This document shows positions 1 through 9,002 of a DNA stretch of 64,000 nt, piece after piece. Source of the DNA: an uncultured Smithella sp. (GTDB lineage: Bacteria > Desulfobacterota > Syntrophia > Syntrophales > Smithellaceae); assembly GCA_964581635.1 (NCBI GenBank), contig CAZOPH010000003.1, positions 3 through 64,002 of the forward strand, written 5' to 3'. The translations under genes and the position numbers were made by a program. A model generated the notes under the pieces. The model saw only the letters and a program-made list of their open reading frames with translations, made no database searches and was not told the origin of the DNA. How positions within the stretch are numbered: the stretch's first letter is position 1; the number at the start of each line of letters is the position of its first letter.

Positions 1-369
1 GCCGTCGAGCTGGCTGCCGAAAGAATGCAGCAGGGTAAGCCCGTTATAATCGACGCCTCTTTTAAGAATCGCTCTGATCGCGCGCTGGCCTTTAAGCTCG
101 CTGAAAGGCTTCACGTGCCATTTTATGTTATTGAATGCACCTGCCCGGATGACATCGTTAAAATACGCCTGGAAAAAAGAATGCTGGAGAAGGATAATCC
201 GTCCGACGGCCGCTGGGAAATCCTGCAGGAGCAGAAAAAACAGTATGAGGCATTAAGCGAAATCCCCGCCGGCAGCTACTTTAAAGTTGACACGTCGGAC
301 AATCCGGAAATTCTTCGCCAAGATATTATTCACACGATCAAAATGGCTGAATTACGAATTAAAGAATAA
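1..369 (+). CDS. C-terminal part of a P-loop kinase-like / AAA ATP-binding family protein (5-prime end lies outside the window)
   Basis: Frame 1 is open from base 1 (AVELAAERMQQGKPVIIDASF...) with a stop at 367-369. It resembles the C-terminal region of small ATP-binding kinase-like proteins. The family call is from memory only. Confidence 0.45.
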   Translation, partial: AVELAAERMQQGKPVIIDASFKNRSDRALAFKLAERLHVPFYVIECTCPDDIVKIRLEKRMLEKDNPSDGRWEILQEQKKQYEALSEIPAGSYFKVDTSDNPEILRQDIIHTIKMAELRIKE

Positions 370-374
370 ATTCC

Positions 375-1124
375 TTATGGTTTGGAAGTTTCTTTGACTT
401 GCGCGTTTGCTTTCGCTTTTTCTTCTTTTAGCTTTTGAGCATTTGCCTCTTCGGCAAGCCGGGCTTTTGTTTCCGTAACATATGATGCAACTTTCAAATC
501 CATGCCCACACCAGCATAATCACGCGTGATGATTTCAAAGCGTTTCAGCGCGGCGTTATATTTTTTCTGTTTGAAATAAAAATTACCCACATAAAACTCA
601 TGTTCGGCAAGTTTCATTTTGCATTCCCGGATCATTTTTTCGGCCAGGATGGAAAATTTGCTTTGTGGAAAACGGGCAACCAGTCTTTCAAACTCTTTTT
701 TGGCTCGGATGGTTTCCGTCTGATCGCGGTCAACCGCCCCAATTTGCACGTAGTGGCACATCCCCATTTGATAGATCGCATAGGGAACATTCTCATTCGT
801 CGGATAAAACGTTGTAAAATCACGATAGGCTAGTTCCGCCTCCGCGTATTCTTTATCGCTGTAAAAAGAATCCGCGATGCCCAGTTCGGCTAAAATGGCC
901 AGGTCGTGAAGGGGATATTCTTCCTTGAGGCGAACATAAAATTCCCGAGATTTTTTATACTTGCCGTTCTGATATTCAACCGTACCGCGCGAGTATAGGG
1001 ATTCCGGCGTTGACCGGACCGGTTCGCTTTTCTGAAAAAATGACAGGATGGTCGCTTTACTCAATGAACAACCGCTGCACATCAGCAGAAGAGCTAGGAT
1101 GATACCGATTTTTTTTAACTTCAC
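375..1124 (-). CDS. bamD: outer membrane protein assembly factor BamD (TPR lipoprotein)
   Basis: TPR-like repeats typical of BamD/YfiO (YYSDKEYAEAELAYRDF, YAIYQMGMCHY, FYVGNFYFKQKKYNAALKRFE). Lipoprotein signal KKIGIILALLLMCSGC. The ORF-track start at 1241 overlaps trxA, so I prefer the in-frame GTG at 1124 just before the signal peptide. Confidence 0.8.
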   Translation of the reverse strand: MKLKKIGIILALLLMCSGCSLSKATILSFFQKSEPVRSTPESLYSRGTVEYQNGKYKKSREFYVRLKEEYPLHDLAILAELGIADSFYSDKEYAEAELAYRDFTTFYPTNENVPYAIYQMGMCHYVQIGAVDRDQTETIRAKKEFERLVARFPQSKFSILAEKMIRECKMKLAEHEFYVGNFYFKQKKYNAALKRFEIITRDYAGVGMDLKVASYVTETKARLAEEANAQKLKEEKAKANAQVKETSKP

Positions 1125-1188
1125 AAGAGATCCTGTCCAAAATTTAATAGAAGGTAACTTTAGTTCCGTTGGACTTGTCCAATGAAAA

Positions 1189-1518
1189 TCACATGCTTTT
1201 TTTAATAAACTCTTCGAGTTTCTCCTTCGGCACAAGACCAATGAGGGTGTCGAATACCTTCCCGCCTTTAAATATGATCAGGGTAGGAATGCTGCGAACA
1301 CCGTAGGCAACCGCCGATTTCTGACTTTCGTCAACATTCAGTTTCATAACTTTGATCTTGTCTTGATACTCAGCGGCAATCTCTTCCACAATCGGGCCAA
1401 TGGCTTTGCATGGCCCGCACCAGGGCGCCCAGAAATCAATGAGCACTGGTTTGTCGCTTTTCAGGACTTCTCCCTCAAAATTGTCATCGTTGGCCACACC
1501 AAGAAATTGGCTGCTCAT
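1189..1518 (-). CDS. trxA: thioredoxin
   Basis: WCGPC active site in DFWAPWCGPCK. About 109 aa from the ATG at 1518 (MSSQFLG...), which is typical thioredoxin length. The longer ORF-track start is a GTG extension. Confidence 0.9.
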   Translation of the reverse strand: MSSQFLGVANDDNFEGEVLKSDKPVLIDFWAPWCGPCKAIGPIVEEIAAEYQDKIKVMKLNVDESQKSAVAYGVRSIPTLIIFKGGKVFDTLIGLVPKEKLEEFIKKSM

Positions 1519-1668
1519 AAAAGACACGCCCTCCTTTTTTATTTGCCGACTATATGTCACAGCGTACCAAAGAAAGTCAAATGCTATTTACCGACTAGGC
1601 AAGCCATTTCATTTTTTTGACTACACTTTATTTATCTGTTATGAATTAGCATACATAAGGAGGTTGGT

Positions 1669-2394
1669 ATGAGACGTGTGGGTGTATTATCAGGTACAGT
1701 GATTATGGAAAAAAACGATCTGATCAAAAAAGGCAACCGACAACGGATCAAAAATCAATATGGTGAAGTGCTGACAACGGCAAACGATCAGATGGTTTTG
1801 ATTGTCCGTCATGGCGATAATCCCGACGAATATATTCTGCCGCACAAGATCAACCATCATGCCAATCTTCAGGCACTCAAAGATCTTGGTGTCACTGAAG
1901 TGATCGGCATCAACTCAACCGGATCATTAAAAAAAAATCTGCATCCGGGTATGATCGTCATTCCCGATGATTTTATTACACTCACAGCGACACCCACCAT
2001 CCATCAGAATAAAGCCATCCACATCACGCCATCCTTAAATGAATTTGTCCGTCAAAAACTGATTGCAGCGGCGCGGAACTGCAACCTAGACGTTGTGGAG
2101 ACAGGAATCTACTGGCAGGTTACAGGCCCACGACTGGAAACGCGGGCGGAAATCCGGATGATGGCGAATTTTGCCGACGTCGTTGGAATGACAATGGCCA
2201 ACGAAGCAGTTATTGCCCTGGAAATGGGTTTGCCATACGCCTCGGTCTGTTTCATTGACAATTACGGCAATGGCCTTGAGGAGAAACCCCTGGGTATGGA
2301 AGAAATCATCGCGGGCACGCACAAAAACGCAGACAGCATGATGAGGCTTTTGGAGCAGTATGTTCAATTACGGGCGGCTGTCTCCGACACATGA
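1669..2394 (+). CDS. MTAP-family purine nucleoside phosphorylase (S-methyl-5-thioadenosine phosphorylase-like)
   Basis: AAGGAGG Shine-Dalgarno (SD) sequence 5 nt upstream of the ATG. Motifs INSTGSL, PDDFI, GPRLETRAE, VGMT resemble the MTAP / PNP family 2. Confidence 0.75.
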   Translation: MRRVGVLSGTVIMEKNDLIKKGNRQRIKNQYGEVLTTANDQMVLIVRHGDNPDEYILPHKINHHANLQALKDLGVTEVIGINSTGSLKKNLHPGMIVIPDDFITLTATPTIHQNKAIHITPSLNEFVRQKLIAAARNCNLDVVETGIYWQVTGPRLETRAEIRMMANFADVVGMTMANEAVIALEMGLPYASVCFIDNYGNGLEEKPLGMEEIIAGTHKNADSMMRLLEQYVQLRAAVSDT

Positions 2395-3342
2395 TCAAAG
2401 ACTGCAATTCCGGAATTCTGCTGGTTCCAGAATATTCAACTTTTTGCGTCGGAGATATTCCGGAAAACCATAAAGATGTTTTCCGCGATACTCCATGACC
2501 ACTGCGTCTGCCGGGCAGTTATTCAGGCAACCAAAGCAGGCCAGACACTTGTCCCGATCCACACACTGTTTCTCCGGATGGATCGCGGCCACCGGGCACA
2601 TTTTCACGCAGGTCCCGCATGCAATACATTTGGACCCATCCACCATATGTTTGCTGATCGCTTTCTTGTTGAACCAGACCAGGGGGAGCATCCGCAGGAA
2701 TTCTCGCAGCGCTAGTTCGGCCTCATAACGGATAGCCTCACCGCGGCTGACTTGCGCGAGAATCTGATCGGTGAAACGCCTGACCTGCTCGTAGGTGGCT
2801 TCATTGGGTAGATGTTCGCCCGAGCGTTGATTCGCGCTGTCCCAGGTCGGCGTCGGGTATGCGGGAATACTGCGGAAGGCTTGCATGCCGACAGCGGTGC
2901 CCTCCTTATCTGTTAAAAGACGGAGGATATGACACAGAGCGTTGTGCTGATTGCCTTCCGGCCCGCCGAAAGACACAAAGGCCGCCACGGGCGTTCCTGT
3001 GATCTTCGGCATCGCCGCCAACCAGTCGCTTACATTAGATGGGATATCGTAATAAAAAACTGGCGAACCGATCAGGACCAGATCATAATCCGTCAAGTGT
3101 TTTGTATCAAAACTCCGGATGTCGGCCAGATCCGCCATCAGTCCCTTTTCTTTGAGGATACAGGAGATCAGTTTTCCATAGCGGCGGGTAAATCCCGACT
3201 GGCTGTAACATACAACTAGTCCTCGTTTCGGATTACGGGTTTTCAATTCCCAGTGAGCCGCCTGCCCGCTAGCGGGAAGCGGCAGACTTAAAGTCGCGCA
3301 GAAGATGGCGCTTTTTTTAATAAAGTTTCGTCTAGTGTCCAT
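2395..3342 (-). CDS. flavodoxin-like domain fused to a 2x[4Fe-4S] ferredoxin domain, with a twin-arginine (Tat) signal
   Basis: N-terminus MDTRRNFIKKSAIFCATLSLPLPASGQAA matches the Tat consensus. The central region is flavodoxin-like (VVCYSQSGFT...LIGSPVFYYD). The C-terminus carries CIACGTCVKMCP and CLACFGCLNNCP. Confidence 0.7.
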   Translation of the reverse strand: MDTRRNFIKKSAIFCATLSLPLPASGQAAHWELKTRNPKRGLVVCYSQSGFTRRYGKLISCILKEKGLMADLADIRSFDTKHLTDYDLVLIGSPVFYYDIPSNVSDWLAAMPKITGTPVAAFVSFGGPEGNQHNALCHILRLLTDKEGTAVGMQAFRSIPAYPTPTWDSANQRSGEHLPNEATYEQVRRFTDQILAQVSRGEAIRYEAELALREFLRMLPLVWFNKKAISKHMVDGSKCIACGTCVKMCPVAAIHPEKQCVDRDKCLACFGCLNNCPADAVVMEYRGKHLYGFPEYLRRKKLNILEPAEFRNCSL

Positions 3343-3378
3343 AGGGTTGCACCTATAATTTTTTTTATCGGTTAATGG

Positions 3379-5253
3379 TCAATTCTTATTTTCTTCACTG
3401 TTAAAATTGATTTTCAACTCGTAAACACCGGCATCCAGGTGTGTCGTCATCGGATAGCCGGACTTGGCAAACACCTGCATCATCGGTTTATTGCGGGACA
3501 AAACATCCGCTGTGAATCCCGCGATGTTCTTTTCTTTCGCGATGCGGATCAGATACCGCAAAAGGAATGTACCGATGCCACGGTCCTGCCAGTCCTGATG
3601 GGTTGTAAAAGCCACCTCGGCATATCGCGTATTGGGATCATTGATGTATCTCCCGATAGCAACAATCTCTTCCCGGCTTTCGGGCTCTGCTTTACCGATC
3701 ACCGCGGCAATGGCCATTCTGTCGTTATAGTCAATGGCGGCCAGCGGCATGGCGACTTTATGGGAAAAGGATTTAAGGCTATGGAAGAAACGGGTATAGA
3801 TGTCCTGTTCCGGCAGTTCATAAATCAGTTCCTGAATGGCGCGCTCATCGGTGGCCTTCACCGGACGAAAAAATAGCTGGGTGTTTTTCTTGTCCACCCA
3901 ATTGATTTCGTATTCCTTTGGATACAAAACCGCAGGCAACGTCTGATCGCGGTAAATATAGCCCTGTTTTTTCGCAGCCTCCAATAATTCCTCACGGAAG
4001 TTAGGATGGGCGATGCTGATCAACATCATGGCCCGATCCCGGATGGATTTGCCATGAACATAGGCAATCCCATATTCCGTCACGACATAATGGATATCTC
4101 CTCTTGTCACAACCACGCCGCTGCCCGGAGAAAGATAAGGCACAATTCGGGAAATCTTTCCATCTTCCGTCGTAGAGGGCAGCACCATGATGGACTTACC
4201 GCGCTCCGACATGGCCGAACCGCGCACGAAGTCCACCTGTCCGCCAATGCCGCTGTAAAATTCAAAGCCGAGCGAATCGGAGCAGACCTGCCCTGTCAGA
4301 TCAACGGTGAGCGCGGAATTGATCGACACCATCCGTTCGTTTTGAGCAATGATATACGGGTCGTTGACGTACTGGCACGGACGGAATTCAAACAGCGGAT
4401 TGTTGTGTACATATTCATAGAGGCGACGGGTACCCATGCAAAAAGCCGTAACGACTTTTCCCGGATGAAGTGTTTTTCTCCGGCAGGTCACCACGCCGCT
4501 TTCAATCAAGTCAATCAGACCGTCGGTAAATGTTTCCGTGTGGACGCCCAGGTCCTTTTTATTTTTGAGATAGGGGAACACTGAATTGGGAATTTTACCC
4601 ACACCCGTCTGGATCGTGGATTCGTTATCAATCAGATCGGCAATTAGTTGACCGATCGATTGGGCGATATGATCCGGTGACTTCTGTGCAAACTCCAGAA
4701 GCGGCGCGTCGTTTTGCACAAAGGCGGAAATCTGACTGACGTGCAGGAAACTGTCACCGAGCGTCCGGGGCATATTCGTATTCACTTCCGCCACCACATA
4801 GCGCGCTACTTCCGCTGCCGTCTTGGTAATATCCACGGAAATGCCCAGACTGACATAGCCGTTCATATCCGGGGGGGATACGGTAATCAACGCGACATCG
4901 ATGGGCATCGACCCTCGCTGCATGAGCAGAGAAACTTCCGAAAGGAAAATGGGCGTGTAGTCTGCATGGCCCGCTTTGATTGCCGCGCGGGCGTTTGCAC
5001 CGATGAAAAGCGCGTTATGCCGGAAATGCTCGGTATAAATATCCGAGGTATAATCGGTGAGCCCCAGATCAAGGAAATGGATAATCTCCACATCGGCAAA
5101 ATTCTGCGCCATATCCAGGAGCGTCTTAACCAGCAGCTGCGGCTCTCCACAGGCCGACGCAATAAAGATCCGCGCCCCGCGACGTATCCGCGATAAGGCG
5201 CTTTGTGCATCAGTCAGTTTCTCTTTATACATCTTCGGCCAGTCGAGAATCAT
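3379..5253 (-). CDS. acetyl-CoA hydrolase/transferase family domain fused to a C-terminal GNAT N-acetyltransferase domain
   Basis: The first ~430 aa resemble acetyl-CoA hydrolase/4-hydroxybutyrate CoA-transferase proteins (GVGKIPN, GIGGQVDF). The last ~170 aa have the GNAT signature (QDRGIGTFLLRYLIRIAKEKNIAGF). Confidence 0.8.
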   Translation of the reverse strand: MILDWPKMYKEKLTDAQSALSRIRRGARIFIASACGEPQLLVKTLLDMAQNFADVEIIHFLDLGLTDYTSDIYTEHFRHNALFIGANARAAIKAGHADYTPIFLSEVSLLMQRGSMPIDVALITVSPPDMNGYVSLGISVDITKTAAEVARYVVAEVNTNMPRTLGDSFLHVSQISAFVQNDAPLLEFAQKSPDHIAQSIGQLIADLIDNESTIQTGVGKIPNSVFPYLKNKKDLGVHTETFTDGLIDLIESGVVTCRRKTLHPGKVVTAFCMGTRRLYEYVHNNPLFEFRPCQYVNDPYIIAQNERMVSINSALTVDLTGQVCSDSLGFEFYSGIGGQVDFVRGSAMSERGKSIMVLPSTTEDGKISRIVPYLSPGSGVVVTRGDIHYVVTEYGIAYVHGKSIRDRAMMLISIAHPNFREELLEAAKKQGYIYRDQTLPAVLYPKEYEINWVDKKNTQLFFRPVKATDERAIQELIYELPEQDIYTRFFHSLKSFSHKVAMPLAAIDYNDRMAIAAVIGKAEPESREEIVAIGRYINDPNTRYAEVAFTTHQDWQDRGIGTFLLRYLIRIAKEKNIAGFTADVLSRNKPMMQVFAKSGYPMTTHLDAGVYELKINFNSEENKN

Positions 5254-5355
5254 AGGACTCTTTTCTCCTTCCCTGCATCCAAAAGAACAAGAAGACCTTC
5301 AACATGGCGAGACGTCATTGAAGATTTGCAACAAATGTATTCGATAAGCTACACA

Positions 5356-5808
5356 TCAGAAAGCGCCGAGCTGGCAGGGCTTGACTTTTATCTGGAGATT
5401 CTCGCAGGCAGCACAAACGTCCAGGCGTTTGACGTCCAATTTATCAGCGATTGCCCATGCGGCAACGCAGGAAAGCCGGTTATTGACCAGCGCCGTGCGA
5501 ATGGCGGTCTCCAAGTCTGGTGCGACTGTCGCGGCAGCGGGCAGCCGCTTTTGCTTGCCGTCAAAACCGAAGAGCCCCAGTTGGCATTGAACGATGTTGA
5601 AATTGAGCAGGTCAATGCCCACACCGATCTTGCTTAGCGGCACGTTCGTTTTTTGAGCTATTTTTTCCGCCGCTTTGCAGGCGATATTGTTGTCTTTGGC
5701 CTGCTTGAGAATTTCCTGCTTCAGGTCCTCTTCCACTTTTGTGCCTTCCGGATGTTTCTTGAAATATTTTCCTTTGTCCTGATGTGCCATAGTCTTATCC
5801 TCATCCAT
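5356..5808 (-). CDS. hypothetical protein with an internally duplicated Cys-containing ~55-aa module
   Basis: Two tandem repeats align residue by residue (NNIACKAAEKIAQKTNV...IVQCQLGLFG versus NRLSCVAAWAIADKLDV...VKPCQLGAF). It is co-directional with the ACT and paaK genes. An alternative start at M7 (5790) has a GAGGA SD. Confidence 0.55.
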   Translation of the reverse strand: MDEDKTMAHQDKGKYFKKHPEGTKVEEDLKQEILKQAKDNNIACKAAEKIAQKTNVPLSKIGVGIDLLNFNIVQCQLGLFGFDGKQKRLPAAATVAPDLETAIRTALVNNRLSCVAAWAIADKLDVKRLDVCAACENLQIKVKPCQLGAF

Positions 5809-5902
5809 ATAAAATTAATAATTTAAAAGTAACGGCCTTTTATATTCAAAGGATCATGCGACGACAAAGCCAACAAGGTTAGTCGGCAAATGCGAAAGGT
5901 CG

Positions 5903-6358
5903 TCAGTATTTCATGTAGTGAAATGGTTCAATCGCTGATAGAGCTTCCGTATCCAGGGTCTTAAATCCGTTCTTCTCCAGGAGCTTTTCCGTTTTTTCGA
6001 TCTGATCTACATCAACCACAAAGACCGCTTTTTCCGAGCATTCCAGAACGAAGCCGCAGGCATTGTTGATATTGATGCCTTCCTTATACAGAAGCTGCAT
6101 TAATTTATCCAATCCACCCGGCTTATCGGGAATCAGTACCGCTAAAACGCTCTTGAGGTTTACCGTCATGCCGGCGTCCGTCAGCGTTTTCTCCGCGCGT
6201 TTCGGATCATCGACTATCAGATTGATTACTCCGAACGTATCGGACGTCGATATCGTTGTCGCCCGGATGCTGATTTTGGCCTTGGCCAGAACACTTGTTA
6301 CAGTCGCGAGTTTTCCCGGTTTATCTTCCGCGAATATGGATAACTGATAAGCAATCAT
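5903..6358 (-). CDS. ACT domain-containing protein (two ACT repeats)
   Basis: Two beta-alpha-beta-beta-alpha-beta-like repeats begin LSIFAEDKPGKLA and LIPDKPGGLDKL. GAGGAG SD. This protein is a typical partner of phenylacetate-CoA ligase genes. Confidence 0.8.
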   Translation of the reverse strand: MIAYQLSIFAEDKPGKLATVTSVLAKAKISIRATTISTSDTFGVINLIVDDPKRAEKTLTDAGMTVNLKSVLAVLIPDKPGGLDKLMQLLYKEGININNACGFVLECSEKAVFVVDVDQIEKTEKLLEKNGFKTLDTEALSAIEPFHYMKY

Positions 6359-6449
6359 CTTTTTCTCCTCAGTTGATCATGATGGATATGAGACTTGAAA
6401 TTCTCTACAATTCTTCATGACACCGCAAAATAATGCAGAAGCAAGACAC

Positions 6450-6474
6450 GCGAGCCTCAGGGAGTGAGGCTCGC
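6450..6474 (-). terminator. GC-rich hairpin between the paaK and ACT genes (possible attenuator or weak terminator)
   Basis: GCGAGCCTCA-5 nt-TGAGGCTCGC forms a 10-bp perfect stem. Only a weak U-rich tract follows on the minus strand. Confidence 0.3.
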
Positions 6475-6544
6475 CATAGTGTAAGCCGCAGCGACACAGA
6501 ACGAGGTGTAACGCAGCATATGAACATTTTCCGGTGTTATCACT

Positions 6545-7843
6545 TTAGTCTTTGCGGTTGTCAATCACCCGTACCGCCTTCCCTTCTCCTTTCGGAATAC
6601 TGTCCGGTTCCACTAACTCGACCTTAGGCGTAATAAGGAGGTCACCCTTTAATTCTTCCACGATCTTTTTTCTGAGGGCTTCCAACTGTCGCAGGTCACC
6701 GGAGAAATATTGTTTATGAACTTCTACTTTCACCGTCATATCATCATTATACCCTTGTCGGTTCAGAATGATCAGAAAGTTTGTGCCGACACCCGCGATG
6801 TCCATCAGTTTCTTCTCAATCTGCATCGGGAAAATATTCACGCCTTTGAGGATCAACATATCGTCCGTCCGGCCTTTGAACCTCTCAATCCGTCGGTGCG
6901 TGCGGCCGCAGCTGCATTGCCCGGGGATCATCCGGGTCAGATCCTTGGTGCGGTAGCGAATAAGCGGCATGCCTTCTTTCTGCAATGATGTCAGGACCAG
7001 TTCGCCCTCAACACCTTCAGCTACCGGTCGTAACGTTTTCGGGTCAATAATCTCCACAAGGAAATTGTCTTCCCAGATGTGCAGACCTTCCTGGTAGGGA
7101 CATTCAAACGCCACACCCGGCCCATTCATCTCCGATAGGCCGTAAGAGTTAAACGCTTTGTAGCCATATATTTCTTCAATTTTTTTGCGCATCTTTTCCG
7201 TGTGCGGCTCCGCGCCCAGAAAAGCAATTCTCACAGAGGTATCCTTCCGCGGATCAAGCTTCAGTTCCTCAAAGACTGTAGAAAGATGCAGCGCATAGCT
7301 GGGAATGACGTGAACAGCGGTTGTAGCAAAATCACGCATCAATTGAATCTGGCGCTTGGAGTTGCCGGCGCCCGCGGGAATGACCAGCGCACCGAGCTTT
7401 TCTGCCGCGTAATGAAAACCTAAGCCCCCCGTAAAAAGGCCGTAGGTCATCATATTCTGAAAAACGTCGCCCTTACGCATCCCTGCCATATACAGACAGC
7501 GCGTCAGCATATTTGTCCAGACCGCGATATCTTTTGCGGTATGAAAGACAACTGTAGCCCGACCGGTGGTTCCGGATGATGAATGCATCCGTACTAGTTC
7601 TTCTCTCGGCACGGCGATAAAACCATACGGCCAGTTTTCCCGTAAATCGTCTTTAGTGGTAAAAGGAAACTTCTTAATATCCGAAAGGGATTTCACTGAA
7701 CTGACCCCAATCCCTTTTTCCTTAAACATTTTACCGTAGTAATAAGACTTTTCAGCTTTGATGAGTGTGTCCTGGAGCGTTGTCAATTGCAACGCCTCCA
7801 GTTTGGAACGATCCATTGTTTCTATGTCTTTTTCCCAGTACAT
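6545..7843 (-). CDS. paaK: phenylacetate--CoA ligase family protein (AMP-forming)
   Basis: 432 aa. N-terminus MYWEKDIETMDRSKLEALQL, plus SSGTTGRATVV and YGLSE motifs typical of the PaaK family. GGAGG SD. Confidence 0.85.
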   Translation of the reverse strand: MYWEKDIETMDRSKLEALQLTTLQDTLIKAEKSYYYGKMFKEKGIGVSSVKSLSDIKKFPFTTKDDLRENWPYGFIAVPREELVRMHSSSGTTGRATVVFHTAKDIAVWTNMLTRCLYMAGMRKGDVFQNMMTYGLFTGGLGFHYAAEKLGALVIPAGAGNSKRQIQLMRDFATTAVHVIPSYALHLSTVFEELKLDPRKDTSVRIAFLGAEPHTEKMRKKIEEIYGYKAFNSYGLSEMNGPGVAFECPYQEGLHIWEDNFLVEIIDPKTLRPVAEGVEGELVLTSLQKEGMPLIRYRTKDLTRMIPGQCSCGRTHRRIERFKGRTDDMLILKGVNIFPMQIEKKLMDIAGVGTNFLIILNRQGYNDDMTVKVEVHKQYFSGDLRQLEALRKKIVEELKGDLLITPKVELVEPDSIPKGEGKAVRVIDNRKD

Positions 7844-7915
7844 TTAATCCTCCGGAGAGCAATCATTTATTCTTTTGTACAGTTCTGCCGCCATTTTATC
7901 AAGTCAAATTTGGCA

Positions 7916-8815
7916 TCAGGCTTTTACGTAACGTTCACCATTTAAAATAATTTTGTCCTGTCTTTGTAAATATTCTAAATGCTTACAAACCAGAGCTCTT
8001 TCGTTGAATTCATACATTTCTTTAGGCTCACGCGGCCTGCCATAAATCAGCCAGGCGGCGCAAATCTCTGCTAACGTTTTGGGCTTTTCCAGAAACGCCA
8101 GCAGTTTATTTTCTCGCTCATGGATCACATTTTCATAATTATTCCAAAGTCTGTCCGGATTTTCTTCAAATAAACCGGTATGATGCGAAGCAACCCACCT
8201 TCGTGCCGGAACAGCCTTGAGCTTGTGGATGGATTTGATGGTTTCTTCTATGTCGGAATATACATCACCATACCAGGGGCCAAACGATGTCAGATCATAG
8301 TCTCCCAGGAAAAGAAGTTCTTCTTCCGGGAAGAAGAAAGATAAATGTCCCGGCGTGTGGCCAGGCGTTGGGAGAACTTGTATGGTAAGCTCTCCCAAAT
8401 CAACCGTTTCATTGTCCACAAGAAAATTCGCCTCGTGCCTTGGCCGAAAATTAAATACTTCCAGCATGATCTTTCTCCAATTGGCGCGTTCCTGCGGAAT
8501 TTTTATATCATACCAATCCAAGAAGATATTGATGTCCGTAAGCGGCGGAAAATCGCGCCCGGAAATCCGTAATGAACGGTTTTCAAAAAGGTCTAGATAG
8601 CGGATGTGATCCTCATGCCAGTGCGAAAGCCAGACGCAGTCGACACCTTCATCCTTCAACCGTGTGAGCTTTTCCAGAGAACAAGCGGGATCGATAATCA
8701 CCCGCGATCTTTCTCCTCGAAGGTACAAAGAATGATTGAAAGGATACTTCCCGCCGTTTTCCCCGCAAACAAACCGAATGCGTCCGAACTGACGATCTTC
8801 CATGATGAAACTCAC
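7916..8815 (-). CDS. MBL-fold metallo-hydrolase
   Basis: HWHEDH metal-binding motif and TPGHTPGH. The exact start is uncertain (GTG at 8815 or ATG at 8803). Confidence 0.75.
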   Translation of the reverse strand: MSFIMEDRQFGRIRFVCGENGGKYPFNHSLYLRGERSRVIIDPACSLEKLTRLKDEGVDCVWLSHWHEDHIRYLDLFENRSLRISGRDFPPLTDINIFLDWYDIKIPQERANWRKIMLEVFNFRPRHEANFLVDNETVDLGELTIQVLPTPGHTPGHLSFFFPEEELLFLGDYDLTSFGPWYGDVYSDIEETIKSIHKLKAVPARRWVASHHTGLFEENPDRLWNNYENVIHERENKLLAFLEKPKTLAEICAAWLIYGRPREPKEMYEFNERALVCKHLEYLQRQDKIILNGERYVKA

Positions 8816-8912
8816 CGGATATTTATACTTGAATATAGAAAATATCGGACTGAATTGCTACTAGAAATAAGTCTTAAACCCCGGCTTAACAGGTCCAATA
8901 CTCGGATGGCAA

Positions 8913-8960
8913 AGACAAAGGAAGGTGGCCGGATCTCAAACCCTGCCACCTTCCTTGTCT
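8913..8960 (-). terminator. long hairpin 3-prime of the Lpp-like gene (putative terminator)
   Basis: AGACAAAGGAAGGTGGC / GCCACCTTCCTTGTCT give a stem of ~16 bp with one bulge and a 15-nt loop. It lies 43 nt downstream of the stop at 9003. The U-tract is weak. Confidence 0.35.
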
Positions 8961-9002
8961 GAAGCCCTAAAGGTAACGTTAACGACTTCCCATAAAATTG
9001 AT

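Noticed and set aside
6433-6627. 64-aa plus-strand ORF spanning the paaK/ACT intergenic region
   Set aside because: It overlaps the paaK 3-prime end, has no SD, and crosses the GC hairpin. It is probably non-coding.
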